This document shows positions 34,963-44,237 of a stretch of 64,000 nt of DNA, piece after piece. Location: assembly GCA_027315345.1 (NCBI GenBank), contig DAHUYE010000090.1:112241-176240 (forward strand), written 5' to 3'. Every line of letters starts with the position of its first letter. The stretch's first letter is position 1. A model generated the notes under the pieces. That model made no database searches and was not told the origin of the DNA. It saw only the letters and a list, made by a program, of their open reading frames with translations. Source of the stretch: Actinomycetota bacterium. GTDB lineage: Bacteria > Actinomycetota > Acidimicrobiia > Acidimicrobiales > JAJPHE01. Position numbers and translations under genes: made by a program.

Positions 34963-36417
34963 ATGGAGGAACAGGGGGAAGAAACCGAGGTCGGTTCCGT
35001 CCTCGACGGCAGGGTCGGCCGCCGGGTGGCCTGGAACGCCGCCCTCCTGTCCGGGGCCCAGGGGGCCAACCTGCTGTTGCACCTGGTCTGGTTCGCCCTC
35101 CTCTCGTCCCACCTGGGGCCCGGTCCTCTGGGAACCTATGTCTTTGCCGTGGCCGTGCCCGACCTCCTGGGCCCGGTGGTCGACTTCGGCTTCACGGCCA
35201 TGGTGGCCAGGACCGTTGCCCAGACACCCCGGCGGGAGGGCGTCCTCATCCCCAACCTGTTCTACCTGCGCCTGGTGGTGGCAGCCCTCTGCTATGGGGC
35301 CACCATCGGTTTCCTCCACCTGATCGGCTACCACCCGGCCACCGTGCACGCCGCCACGGTGGCGACCATCATCGCCGTGCTTACCACCATGCAGTCCCTC
35401 CAGGTGACCCTGGAGGTCCGCCTGAAGATGGCCTGGGTCGCCCTCGGAAACCTGACCGAGTCCCTGATCCTGGTGGCCGGGGTCGTCCTCCTGATCCAGC
35501 TCCACGCCGGGCTGGTGTCGTTCATCTGGCTCTACGTGACTGCCACCGGGATAAGCCTGGCCGTAGCCGCCGGCCGGGCCCTGACCCTCACCGAATACCG
35601 CTGGCGGCCCGATCCGGCCGCCATGGGTCCGGTGATTCGGGCCGCCCTGCCCCTGGGGGCGACGGGGGTCATCACCGGGCTCTACTACCGCCTCGACGTG
35701 CTGGTGCTGGCCCGGGTCCACAACTCGACGGCGGTGGGCCAGTTCGGCGCCGGCTACCGGTTCATCGATGCCTTCGCCGCCTTCCCCGGCCTGCTGGTGG
35801 CCCTCCTCAACCCGGTCTTCGCCCGGGCGGCCGGGCGGGGGACGGAGATACTTCGCCGCCGGTACGAGGTGGCCATGCACCTGGCCACCGTCCCGACCGT
35901 CATCTTCGGGGTCGGCGGGGCCATGGTGGCCTGGCGGGCCCTGCCCGCCCTGCATGCCTTCCGGCACTACCACGGGGGCGGTGCGGTCCTGGCCATCCTC
36001 TCCCCCGCCGCCGGCCTGATCCTCATGGGCTCGGTGCTGTCCGGCGTCCTGTTCAACAGCCACCAGCAACGCCTGCTCCTGGCCGTGGCCGTCAGCGTCC
36101 TGGCCGTCAACCTGGTCCTGGTCGGGGTCCTGGTCCCGCTCTTCTCCTACCTCGGGGCGGCAGCAGCCACCACCGCCGTGGAGGCCGTCTCGGTGGCTGC
36201 CCTGGCCGTGGCCTGCCACCGGCGCCTGGGGACCGGCTGGCCCATCGAGCGCCTGCGCCAGACCCTTCTGGCCGGCGGGCTGCTGGCCCTGGTCCTGGCC
36301 GTGGGCTACCTGCTGCCCCCCCTGGTCCAGCTGGCCATCGGCATGGTGGCCGCGCCGGTCCTGGTGGTGCTGACCGGTGCCCTCAGCCGCTCCGATCTGG
36401 CCGTCCTGCGCCGGTAG
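34963..36417 (+). CDS. MOP-superfamily polysaccharide/oligosaccharide flippase (Wzx/MurJ-like)
   Basis: 484 aa. About 12-14 hydrophobic helices. The N-terminal pattern NAALLSGAQGANLLLHLVWFALLS resembles polysaccharide biosynthesis protein families. Confidence 0.75.
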   Translation: MEEQGEETEVGSVLDGRVGRRVAWNAALLSGAQGANLLLHLVWFALLSSHLGPGPLGTYVFAVAVPDLLGPVVDFGFTAMVARTVAQTPRREGVLIPNLFYLRLVVAALCYGATIGFLHLIGYHPATVHAATVATIIAVLTTMQSLQVTLEVRLKMAWVALGNLTESLILVAGVVLLIQLHAGLVSFIWLYVTATGISLAVAAGRALTLTEYRWRPDPAAMGPVIRAALPLGATGVITGLYYRLDVLVLARVHNSTAVGQFGAGYRFIDAFAAFPGLLVALLNPVFARAAGRGTEILRRRYEVAMHLATVPTVIFGVGGAMVAWRALPALHAFRHYHGGGAVLAILSPAAGLILMGSVLSGVLFNSHQQRLLLAVAVSVLAVNLVLVGVLVPLFSYLGAAAATTAVEAVSVAALAVACHRRLGTGWPIERLRQTLLAGGLLALVLAVGYLLPPLVQLAIGMVAAPVLVVLTGALSRSDLAVLRR

Positions 36418-36443
36418 CCGCCGGCGGCCCCGGGGCTCCGGCG

Positions 36444-36524
36444 GGGGGATGCGGGGGATGCGGGGGATGCGGGGGATGCGGGGGATGCGGGGGATGCGGG
36501 GGATGCGGGGGATGCGGGGGATGC
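36444..36524 (+). repeat. perfect tandem microsatellite (GGGGGATGC)x9, G-quadruplex consensus
   Basis: I counted nine G5 (first G6) tracts at 36443, 36453, 36462, 36471, 36480, 36489, 36498, 36507 and 36516, each followed by ATGC. The array begins 27 bp after the flippase stop. Confidence 0.95.
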
Positions 36525-36566
36525 AGATTGAACCGACCACCCGATTTATATTTCAGAATGGTTACG

Positions 36567-36582
36567 GAACGAATATTTGTTC
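36567..36582. promoter_or_regulatory. imperfect 16-bp palindrome GAACGAATATTTGTTC (possible operator)
   Basis: 14 of 16 positions are self-complementary. It lies in the ~42% GC orphan segment 36525-36640. Confidence 0.3.
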
Positions 36583-36714
36583 ACCACCAGTCGACAAAGT
36601 TCAGATCTTTTCGGTGTCCGTTCAAGTTGCATCCTCCATTCCGCGCCACCGTCGGTGGCGGGGAGCCACGGGACGCCACCCGGCGTGGCCGCCCTGGCGT
36701 GCCCGGCGATGCCC

Positions 36715-37959
36715 TCAGGGGGTGCGGTGATCGAGAGTGGGGACGACGGCCACGAAGGCGGCCCCGGCGGCCAGGACGAGCAGGGCCCAGCGCAGCCCGA
36801 TTCCCTGGGCCAGAAGGCCGACCAGGCCGGGTCCGGACATGAGCCCGAGGTACCCGAAGGCGGTGACCGCCCCCACGGTGGAGCCGGGTCGCTCCCGGCC
36901 GGCGCCGGCGTGGGCGATGAGCAGGGGCCAGTACATGGAAATCCCCCCGGCGCCCAGGACCAGCCCGACGGCCGCCAGGGAAGCGAACGGGGCGGTGGCC
37001 AGGAGGACGGCGCCGGTGGCGGCCGTGCCGGCTCCGATGAGAACACCCCGGGCGGCGCCGCCACGGGCCGCGGCCGGACCCAAGCTGACCCGCGCCGAGG
37101 TCGCCACCGCGTAAGCAAGCACCGAACCGCCGGCGCCGATGAGCAGGCCGGAGTGGAGCTCGCTTCGCAGGTAGAGGACGCCCCACAGTTCAATCCCGCC
37201 CTCCACCATCGCCCCTACGGCGAAGGCCGCCGCCACCAGCACCAGTCCCTCCCGCCGTAGGACGCCGATGGCGCCGGCCAGGGGCGTGGCCTGGCCGGCA
37301 CCGGCGGCCGGCATCTCGGCCCGAGCGCAGACGGCGGCCAAGGCCAGGCCGGCCGTGCCGATGCCCAGCCACAGGACCCGCCAGCCGTGATGGGAGGCGA
37401 TGAGTGCGCCGCTCAGGCCGGCCCCGACGGCGGCGCCGGCGTTGAAGCGGGCGTGGAAACGGACCAGGTAGCCGGGGGAGGCCGAGAGGGATGCGGTGGC
37501 GGCCACGTTCATGGCCACGTCCACGACACCGTTGACCCCGACGAAGACGAGCAGCACCAGACCCAGGAGCCAGTGGGGACGGGACGAGGCCACCCCGAAG
37601 GCCAGCAGTGCCCAACAGGTGAGCGAGATGGCCAGTACCCGGGAGGTGCCCCACCGTTCGGTGACCGAGCCCCCGGCGGCGTTGCCGGCCGCGCCCCCAA
37701 GCAGGCCGGCCGACATCAGCAGCCCAAAGCCACCGTTGTTGAGGCCCAGGGCCCGCTCGACGTCCACGGCGGAGACGGCCCAGGCCCCCCAGAACAGGCC
37801 GAAGAGCATAAAGGCGGCCGTGACCGGGACCAGCCGCTTCTCATCCGGAACGCCCAGGAGGGGCAGCGGCCGGGCGCCGGGCCCGGTCAGCCACGAGTGC
37901 AGTCCGGCCAGACCGGCCCGGTCCGTCTCGGCCGCCAGGTACTCGAAGTGCTGGTCCAC
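36715..37959 (-). CDS. MFS transporter
   Basis: 414 aa with about 12 TM helices and a Gly/Ala-rich MFS-like pattern. GTG start, N-terminus uncertain. Confidence 0.85.
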   Translation of the reverse strand: MDQHFEYLAAETDRAGLAGLHSWLTGPGARPLPLLGVPDEKRLVPVTAAFMLFGLFWGAWAVSAVDVERALGLNNGGFGLLMSAGLLGGAAGNAAGGSVTERWGTSRVLAISLTCWALLAFGVASSRPHWLLGLVLLVFVGVNGVVDVAMNVAATASLSASPGYLVRFHARFNAGAAVGAGLSGALIASHHGWRVLWLGIGTAGLALAAVCARAEMPAAGAGQATPLAGAIGVLRREGLVLVAAAFAVGAMVEGGIELWGVLYLRSELHSGLLIGAGGSVLAYAVATSARVSLGPAAARGGAARGVLIGAGTAATGAVLLATAPFASLAAVGLVLGAGGISMYWPLLIAHAGAGRERPGSTVGAVTAFGYLGLMSGPGLVGLLAQGIGLRWALLVLAAGAAFVAVVPTLDHRTP

Positions 37960-37977
37960 GTCCGGAAGCTACGCCGT

Positions 37978-38007
37978 CCGCCGGTACCGGTTACCCGGCA
38001 CCGGCGG
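37978..38007 (-). terminator. hairpin 20 nt downstream of the ABC operon stop
   Basis: CCGCCGGT-N14-ACCGGCGG, an 8-bp stem. No U-tract. Confidence 0.35.
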
Positions 38008-38026
38008 CGGCATCCCCCTCGGTAGA

Positions 38027-39976
38027 TCAGGCCGCCTCGCCCTCGGCGTGGCTCATCCAGGTCTCGTACATCCGGGCGTAGCGGCCGCCCAGTCCCAGGA
38101 GCTCATCGTGTGAGCCTGACTCGGCGATGACCCCGTCGTCCACCACGATGATCCGGTCGGCCTTCATGGCCGTGGTCAGGCGATGGGCGATGAGGATGGC
38201 GCTGCGCCCTTCCAGCAGGATGTCGAGGGCGGCTTCGATCTTGGTCTCGGACAACAGGTCGAGGTTGGAAGTGGCCTCGTCCAGGACCAGGACCCGGGGC
38301 TGGGCCACGAAGGCCCGGGCCAGGGCGATGAGCTGGCGCTCGCCCGAGGAGAGGGACTGGCCCCGCTCGTGGACGACCGTGTCGAGGCCTTCCGGCATGC
38401 GTTCGATGACCTCCACCAGGCCCACGGCCCGGATGGCCTCCCAGACCTGCTCGTCCGAGGAATCCGGGGCGGCGAAGGCCACGTTGTCCCGGATGGTCCC
38501 GGCAAACAGGAACGGCTCCTGAGGCACGACTCCGAGCTGGCGGCGCAGGGACCCGATGGTGACGTCCTTGAGGTCGTAGCCGTCGATGGTCACCCGGCCC
38601 CCGGTCGGGTCGTAGAAGCGGGTCACCAGCTTGGCCATGGTTGACTTGCCTGCCCCGGTGGCGCCCACGAAGGCCACCGTCTCGCCCGGGTTGATGTGCA
38701 CGCTGATGTCGTGGATGACGGGTACGGCCGGGTCGTATCCGAAGGTGACGTTCTCGAAGACAATGTCGCCCCGGATGGGTGGCAGGTCGATGGCGCTGGC
38801 CGATTGGGGGGTGCTGGGCTCGGTGTTGAGCAAGCCGCCGAGCTTGGTGACCGAGGCCTGGCCCTGCTGATAGGTGTTGTACTGCTGCACCAGCAGCTGG
38901 ATGGGGGCGAAGAAGCGGTTGAGGTAGAGGAAGAAAGCCACCAGGTCACCCACGCTGAGGGTGTGCCGGGACACGAAGTCCCCGCCGATGGCCAGGAGGG
39001 CGGCCTGGCCCAGGAAGCCCAGCATCTGCGTGCCCGGGCCGTACACGGCGTTGATGCGGGCGGTGAAGTTGTTGGCGTCCTGGTAGACACCGACCACGTT
39101 GCGGTGATGGATGGTGTTGTGACGCTGGCGGTTGTGGGCGGTGACGAGGCGGACTCCGTGCAGCGTCTCGGACAGATCGGCCAGCACATTGGCGATCCCA
39201 TCCCGGACCCGGTCATATCCCGCCTCGGAAGCGGACCGGAACCACAGCGACAGGGCGGTGAGGATCGGGATGATGAGCAGGATCGTTATGAGCGCCAGTT
39301 CGACGTTCATGCTGAAGAGGATGGCCGTGATGACGACCATGGTCAGGCCCTGGACGGCAAAGGAGGCCAGCCCGTCCTGGAGCAGCTGCTGCAGGTTTTC
39401 GATGTCGCTGGTCATCCGGGTCATGATCACCCCGGCCTTCTCCTCGGTGTAAAAGTCGAGGGCGAGGCGCTGAAGATGGTTGAACACCTTGACCCTGAGG
39501 TCGTTCATGACCCAGGCCGCCAGCCGGCCGGTGGTGCGGACCTGGTAGCGCTGGGCAATGGCGGTCACGGCTATGGCCAGCAGATACAGGATGCTGATCA
39601 CCACGATGGTGTGCATGCTCCTGTGGGCTTCCATCCCCTGGGTGATGGCGATGTCGATCAGCTTGGGCCCGGCCTGGTTGGCCACGCTCACGATGGCGAC
39701 CAGGATGATGGCCAGCACCCCGAGCTTCCAGTGCTTGAACAGCAGTCCCCGGAGGTTCAGGTGCTCGGTCTCGTCCCCGGCCCGGCTGTAGCTGAACCGG
39801 GCCGTCGGCTCCCCGTACTCGGGCTCGTCCCTCAGCAGCTTGTCCACGCCGGCCTGCAGCTCGGAGGGGATGCCGGCGAAGGGCAGCCCGTTACCGGGGT
39901 TCCCCACCCGGCCCCCCGGGGGGCCCAGACCTCCGCCGACCATGCCGCCGCCGACCATGCCTCCACCCCACGCCAT
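38027..39976 (-). CDS. ABC exporter, fused permease/ATPase (heterodimer partner B)
   Basis: Six-TM domain plus GATGAGKST, LSSGERQ and LVLDEATS. Confidence 0.92.
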   Translation of the reverse strand: MAWGGGMVGGGMVGGGLGPPGGRVGNPGNGLPFAGIPSELQAGVDKLLRDEPEYGEPTARFSYSRAGDETEHLNLRGLLFKHWKLGVLAIILVAIVSVANQAGPKLIDIAITQGMEAHRSMHTIVVISILYLLAIAVTAIAQRYQVRTTGRLAAWVMNDLRVKVFNHLQRLALDFYTEEKAGVIMTRMTSDIENLQQLLQDGLASFAVQGLTMVVITAILFSMNVELALITILLIIPILTALSLWFRSASEAGYDRVRDGIANVLADLSETLHGVRLVTAHNRQRHNTIHHRNVVGVYQDANNFTARINAVYGPGTQMLGFLGQAALLAIGGDFVSRHTLSVGDLVAFFLYLNRFFAPIQLLVQQYNTYQQGQASVTKLGGLLNTEPSTPQSASAIDLPPIRGDIVFENVTFGYDPAVPVIHDISVHINPGETVAFVGATGAGKSTMAKLVTRFYDPTGGRVTIDGYDLKDVTIGSLRRQLGVVPQEPFLFAGTIRDNVAFAAPDSSDEQVWEAIRAVGLVEVIERMPEGLDTVVHERGQSLSSGERQLIALARAFVAQPRVLVLDEATSNLDLLSETKIEAALDILLEGRSAILIAHRLTTAMKADRIIVVDDGVIAESGSHDELLGLGGRYARMYETWMSHAEGEAA

Positions 39977-41922
39977 CAGTCCGTCCCTCCCGTCCCGAGG
40001 TGCGGGAGTTCCGGAATCTGGCCGGGCTCCACGTCATCGGCCTGGGCCAGCACCTCGGCGTAGAGAGGCACGGTGGCCATCAACTCGACGTGGGTGCCAT
40101 CGGCCACGATGCGGCCCTCGTCCATGAGCAGGACACGGTCGGCCAGCGAGATAGTCGATAGACGGTGGGCGATGATGAGGGTGGTCCGGCCCTGCATCAT
40201 CCGCTTGAGCCCGTCGTGGATCTGCAGTTCGACCTGCACATCAATGGCACTGGTGGCGTCGTCCAGAACCAGGATCGGGGGGTTGACCAGCAGGGTCCGG
40301 GCGATGGCGATGCGCTGGCGCTGGCCACCGGAGAGGGTGTAGCCCCGCTCCCCCACCACCGTGTCGTAGCCGTCGGCCAGCTCCCGGATGAACCCGTCGG
40401 CCCCGGCGGCCTGGGCGGCGGCCACGATGTCGGCGAAGTCGGCCTCTGGTCGCCCGTAGGCGATGTTATCCCGCACCGACATGGAGAACAGGAACGGCTC
40501 GTCCAGGACGATGCCGATCTGGGCCCTCAGGCTATCGAGGGTGAGGTCCCGCACGTCATGACCGTCGATGACCATGGCGCCCCCGTCCACGTCGTAGAAG
40601 CGGGGCAGGACCCGGGCCACGGTCGACTTGCCACTGCCGGTCCGGCCCACCAGAGCCACCGTCTCCCCAGGCCGGATGCGCAGCTCGAAGTGGTCGAGGA
40701 TGTTGGGGCCGTCCTCGTTGTAGGCGAAGGTGATGTCGTTGAAGTGGACGTCGCCCCGGCAGTCGATGAGGTCGATGGCTCCGGGCCGATCGTAGATGGT
40801 GGGCTTCTCATCCAGGATCTCGTAGATCCGGTCGGCCGAGGCCGCCGCCCGCTGGCCCATCATGATCAGCATGCCGAGCATCTGGAAGGGGGCCTGGAGC
40901 ATGACGATCCAGAAGCTGAAGCTGAGGATGGCCCCGACCTGGATGCGGTCGTGGACGACCAGGTAGCCGCCGAAGAGCACGACCAGGGCCAGACCGAGCT
41001 GGGAAAGGTTCTGAACCGCCGGGGTGAACTTGGCCCGCAGGTCGGCATCTTTGATGTAGGCCCACTGCAGCCGGTCGGCCGCCTTGGCCAGGGACCGGAG
41101 CTGCTGGTCCTCGGCGGCGAAGGACTTGACCACCCGGACGCCGTTGATGTTCTCATCCACGATGGTGGCCACATCGGCCAGGCGGGACTGGATGAGCCAG
41201 GACACGGGGAACATCGACTTCCGCATGCGCACACCGAGCACGTAGATGAACGGCATGGTGGACATGGCCACGCAGGCGAGGGGGACGTTGATGCGCAGCA
41301 TGTAGATGAAGGCCACCAGGGCGATGCCGCACTGCACCAGGATGTTGGGGGCGAAGGTCAGGTACATCTGCACCGAGCGGATGTCGGAGTTGGCCCGGGA
41401 GATGAGCTGGCCCGACTGGACCCGGTCGTAGAAGGGGAACGACATGCGGGTGAGGTGCTCGTAGATGATGTTCCGCAGGTCGAATTCGATCTTGTAGGCC
41501 GTGGTCATGAGGAACAGCCGGGAGATGAAGCCGGCGATGCCGGCCACCACGGCCAGGATGAACACCAGCTTCACGTAGTGGGCCAGGGGTACGTACCCGG
41601 CCATGCCCCGGTGCAGCACGATGGAGTGGGTGAGGGCGTCCTGGCCCAGCAGCTGGGGGATCTGGACCTGGAGGATCAGCCCGAAGGCGGACATGATCAT
41701 GGCGGTGAGGAAGGTCGCCTTATGGGCCTTGACGATGGGCATGGCCCGGCGCAGCCAGCTCTTGGTGGAGTCCGGGTCGATGGCAGCCCGGGGGGGCTGG
41801 TAGCGGGGCTCCTCGGCCAGGGGGATCCAAGGCGAGGAGGAGTCACCCGGGGTGATGCGCCGGTCGGTCTGGGCCCCGGCGGTGGGTCCGGTGGCGCCCC
41901 GCGGCTCGCGTATGGCCGTCAT
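39976..41922 (-). CDS. ABC exporter, fused permease/ATPase (heterodimer partner A)
   Basis: GRTGSGKST, LSGGQRQ and LVLDDATS. 1-nt TGATG overlap with the partner gene. Confidence 0.92.
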   Translation of the reverse strand: MTAIREPRGATGPTAGAQTDRRITPGDSSSPWIPLAEEPRYQPPRAAIDPDSTKSWLRRAMPIVKAHKATFLTAMIMSAFGLILQVQIPQLLGQDALTHSIVLHRGMAGYVPLAHYVKLVFILAVVAGIAGFISRLFLMTTAYKIEFDLRNIIYEHLTRMSFPFYDRVQSGQLISRANSDIRSVQMYLTFAPNILVQCGIALVAFIYMLRINVPLACVAMSTMPFIYVLGVRMRKSMFPVSWLIQSRLADVATIVDENINGVRVVKSFAAEDQQLRSLAKAADRLQWAYIKDADLRAKFTPAVQNLSQLGLALVVLFGGYLVVHDRIQVGAILSFSFWIVMLQAPFQMLGMLIMMGQRAAASADRIYEILDEKPTIYDRPGAIDLIDCRGDVHFNDITFAYNEDGPNILDHFELRIRPGETVALVGRTGSGKSTVARVLPRFYDVDGGAMVIDGHDVRDLTLDSLRAQIGIVLDEPFLFSMSVRDNIAYGRPEADFADIVAAAQAAGADGFIRELADGYDTVVGERGYTLSGGQRQRIAIARTLLVNPPILVLDDATSAIDVQVELQIHDGLKRMMQGRTTLIIAHRLSTISLADRVLLMDEGRIVADGTHVELMATVPLYAEVLAQADDVEPGQIPELPHLGTGGTD

Positions 41923-42365
41923 CGGGCCTCGCTCTTGCGGGAGGCGCGGAAGGCATCAAGGGCGGCGCGCCAGCGGGCCAGGCCCTCGAAGGCGGTGACC
42001 GCGTCCTGCTCGTCGGTGAGGAAAAGGGCGATCTCGGCCAGCCGGGCGTCCACGGCGGCGTCGGCCTGATCCAGGATGTTGCGCCCCTCGGCGGTGAGGG
42101 TGTGGCCGACCCGGCGCCGGTCGCCCTCATCGTGGCGGCGCTCCACCAGGCCCCGGGAGACCAGCCCGTCGACCACGGCGGTGACGCTGGGCCGGCTGAC
42201 GGCAAGGTTGTCGGCCAGGGCCGAGGCGGCCACGGCTCCCTCGGCCAGGAACATGAGAATGCGGTACTGGGGCAGGGAGAGATCGACCTGGGCCAGGCCC
42301 ACATCCACCTGCCGGGCCAGCCGGGCCGCCACCCGGCCGGGCAGCAGCAATCCTTTGGTGGTCAC
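41919..42365 (-). CDS. MarR family transcriptional regulator
   Basis: 148 aa. LSLPQYRILMFL...LAVSRPSVTAVVDGLVSRGLVER winged-helix pattern. ATGA overlap with the ABC gene. Confidence 0.9.
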   Translation of the reverse strand: MTTKGLLLPGRVAARLARQVDVGLAQVDLSLPQYRILMFLAEGAVAASALADNLAVSRPSVTAVVDGLVSRGLVERRHDEGDRRRVGHTLTAEGRNILDQADAAVDARLAEIALFLTDEQDAVTAFEGLARWRAALDAFRASRKSEAR

Positions 42366-42385
42366 ATGATTAGGTTATCGAATAA

Positions 42386-42916
42386 TTAGGGCAGTGAGGC
42401 TCCGGGCCGGGTGGGTCGCCAGGCGGCGGCCAGTAGGAGGGCGGCCCCGAGGCCACCGGCGCCCAGGGCCACGGCCAGACCCCGCCAGCCATCCCAGTGC
42501 AGCAGGCCGAGAAGGTCGTCCAGGCTCCAGCGGCCCGGGCCCAGGATCCCGATGACCACCCCGAGCGAGGTGAGAGTCATGACGTACTCCCAGCCCTCCC
42601 CGGGGCGGAAAATGAAAAAGCCGTTGCCGCGGTGGTTGGTGACCCACGCCACCAGCATCACCCCGACCACGCCGGCCCCGGCCAGGGGGGTCAGCAGGCC
42701 GGCGGCCAGCAGGGCTCCGGAACCGACCTCGGTCAGGCTGGCCGTCCAGGCGTGGACCCAACCCGGCCGCATGCCCAGGGACTCGAACCAGCGGCCCGTC
42801 CCGGCGATCTTTCCTCCCCCGAAGATGTGGTTGAGCCCGTGGGCGAGGAACACCGCCGCGACCGTGAGGCGGAGGATGAGCAGGGCCAGGTCGACGGCGG
42901 GCACGGCGCCGAGCAT
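42386..42916 (-). CDS. DoxX family membrane protein
   Basis: LLILRLTVAAVFLAHGLNH N-terminus, four TM helices, 176 aa. Confidence 0.85.
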   Translation of the reverse strand: MLGAVPAVDLALLILRLTVAAVFLAHGLNHIFGGGKIAGTGRWFESLGMRPGWVHAWTASLTEVGSGALLAAGLLTPLAGAGVVGVMLVAWVTNHRGNGFFIFRPGEGWEYVMTLTSLGVVIGILGPGRWSLDDLLGLLHWDGWRGLAVALGAGGLGAALLLAAAWRPTRPGASLP

Positions 42917-42925
42917 ATTCAGGGC

Positions 42926-44134
42926 ATGAAGGTCCTCATCGTGGGAGCGTCCCTGTCCGGTCTACGCACAGCCCAGGCGCTACGGGCCGGCGGGTTCGAG
43001 GGCGGCATCACCCTGGCCGGGGCCGAACCCCATCTGCCCTATGACCGCCCGCCCCTGTCCAAACAGGTGCTGCTGGGCACCCGGACCCGGGCCGACGCCG
43101 ACCTGGAGGAGGCCGGGACCCTGGCCGACCTGGATCTGGATCTGCAGACCGGGGTGGTGGCCACCGGGTTGGACGTGTCCGCCGCCACGGTGGAACTGGG
43201 CGGCCGGCCGGTCGGCTTCGACCACCTGGTCATCGCCACCGGGGCCACCCCCCGGCGCCTGCCCTTCGGCGCCGGGCTGCGGGGCGTGCACACCCTGCGC
43301 ACGGTGGAGGACTGTCAGGCCATCAGGACCGCCATGGCGACCGGGTCCGCCGTGGTGGTCATCGGCGGAGGCTTCATCGGCTGTGAAGTCGCCTCGGCGG
43401 CGGCGGCCCAGGGCCTGCCCACCACCCTCCTGGAGATGCTGCCCACCCCCCTGTTCCAATCCCTCGGCCCCCAGATCGGGGCGATGGTGGCCGGGATGCA
43501 GCGGGCGGCCGGGATCGACGTCATCTGCGGCCACGGGGCCCGGGCCCTGATCGAGGATGGTCACGGAGCCGTGGCCGGGGTGGAGCTGGACGACGGCCGG
43601 CGTCTCCCCGCCGGGCTGGTGGTGGTGGGAGTGGGCGTGGTCCCTGAAACGGCATGGCTGGAGTCCTCCGGTCTGGCCCTGGACAATGGCGTCGTCTGCG
43701 ACCAGCGGCTCCGGGCCTCCGGCCATGACCACATCCGGGCCGTGGGCGACGTGGCCCGCTGGGACCATCCCGGCCTGGGCCGGCCGGTCAGGGTCGAGCA
43801 CTGGACCAACGCCGCCGAGTCGGCCACCCACGCCGCCGCCGGCATCCTCGGATCGGACGAGGCCTATGGCCCCGTCCCCTACGTCTGGTCCGACCAGCTC
43901 GGCCACCGCATCCAGACCCTGGGCCTGCCCCAGGCCGGGGATCACCTCGAGATCGTCGACCGTCAAGAGGGCCCCAAGGGCGAGAAGCTGGTGGGCCTCT
44001 ACCGCCACGACGGGATGCTCGCCGCGGCGGTGGGCATCGACTTCCCCGGCCGGCTCATGAAGTACCGGGAGCTGCTGGAGCGGGGGACGAGATGGGAGGA
44101 GGCGCTGGACTTCGCCGCCGGTCTGGGCGCTTAG
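42926..44134 (+). CDS. FAD/NAD(P)-dependent oxidoreductase, ferredoxin-reductase type
   Basis: Start at ATG 42926 (MKVLIVGASLSG). Second dinucleotide fold VVVIGGGFIGCEVA. YDRPPLSK motif. Confidence 0.88.
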   Translation: MKVLIVGASLSGLRTAQALRAGGFEGGITLAGAEPHLPYDRPPLSKQVLLGTRTRADADLEEAGTLADLDLDLQTGVVATGLDVSAATVELGGRPVGFDHLVIATGATPRRLPFGAGLRGVHTLRTVEDCQAIRTAMATGSAVVVIGGGFIGCEVASAAAAQGLPTTLLEMLPTPLFQSLGPQIGAMVAGMQRAAGIDVICGHGARALIEDGHGAVAGVELDDGRRLPAGLVVVGVGVVPETAWLESSGLALDNGVVCDQRLRASGHDHIRAVGDVARWDHPGLGRPVRVEHWTNAAESATHAAAGILGSDEAYGPVPYVWSDQLGHRIQTLGLPQAGDHLEIVDRQEGPKGEKLVGLYRHDGMLAAAVGIDFPGRLMKYRELLERGTRWEEALDFAAGLGA

Positions 44135-44237
44135 ACCGGGGGGCGGGCGGTCAGGGCGGCCAGACCGGTCAGCCGGGCCGTTGCGCTACGGTCGGCGCCG
44201 GGCCACCCGACACGGCCCCACGACTTCAGGGGGCACT

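Noticed and set aside
36567-36582. GAAC...GTTC palindrome as a LexA SOS box
   Set aside because: The actinobacterial/Gram-positive LexA consensus has GAAC-N4-GTTC spacing, whereas this one has N8 and is not in front of any gene start. I kept it only as a generic candidate operator.
36377-36730. ORFs crossing the 9-mer array (GMRGMRGMR... on + and IPRIPRIPR... on -), and the possibility that the array is a CRISPR
   Set aside because: These ORFs have no SD and no family signal, and they continue as antisense shadows. The array has 9-bp units with no spacers and no cas genes, so it is a microsatellite and not a CRISPR.
42366-42385. AT-rich spacer ttaggttatcgaataatta between DoxX and MarR as a defined MarR operator
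   Set aside because: Only a 4-bp TTAT/ATAA inverted repeat is present, which is too weak to call. I mention it only as a place to test binding.
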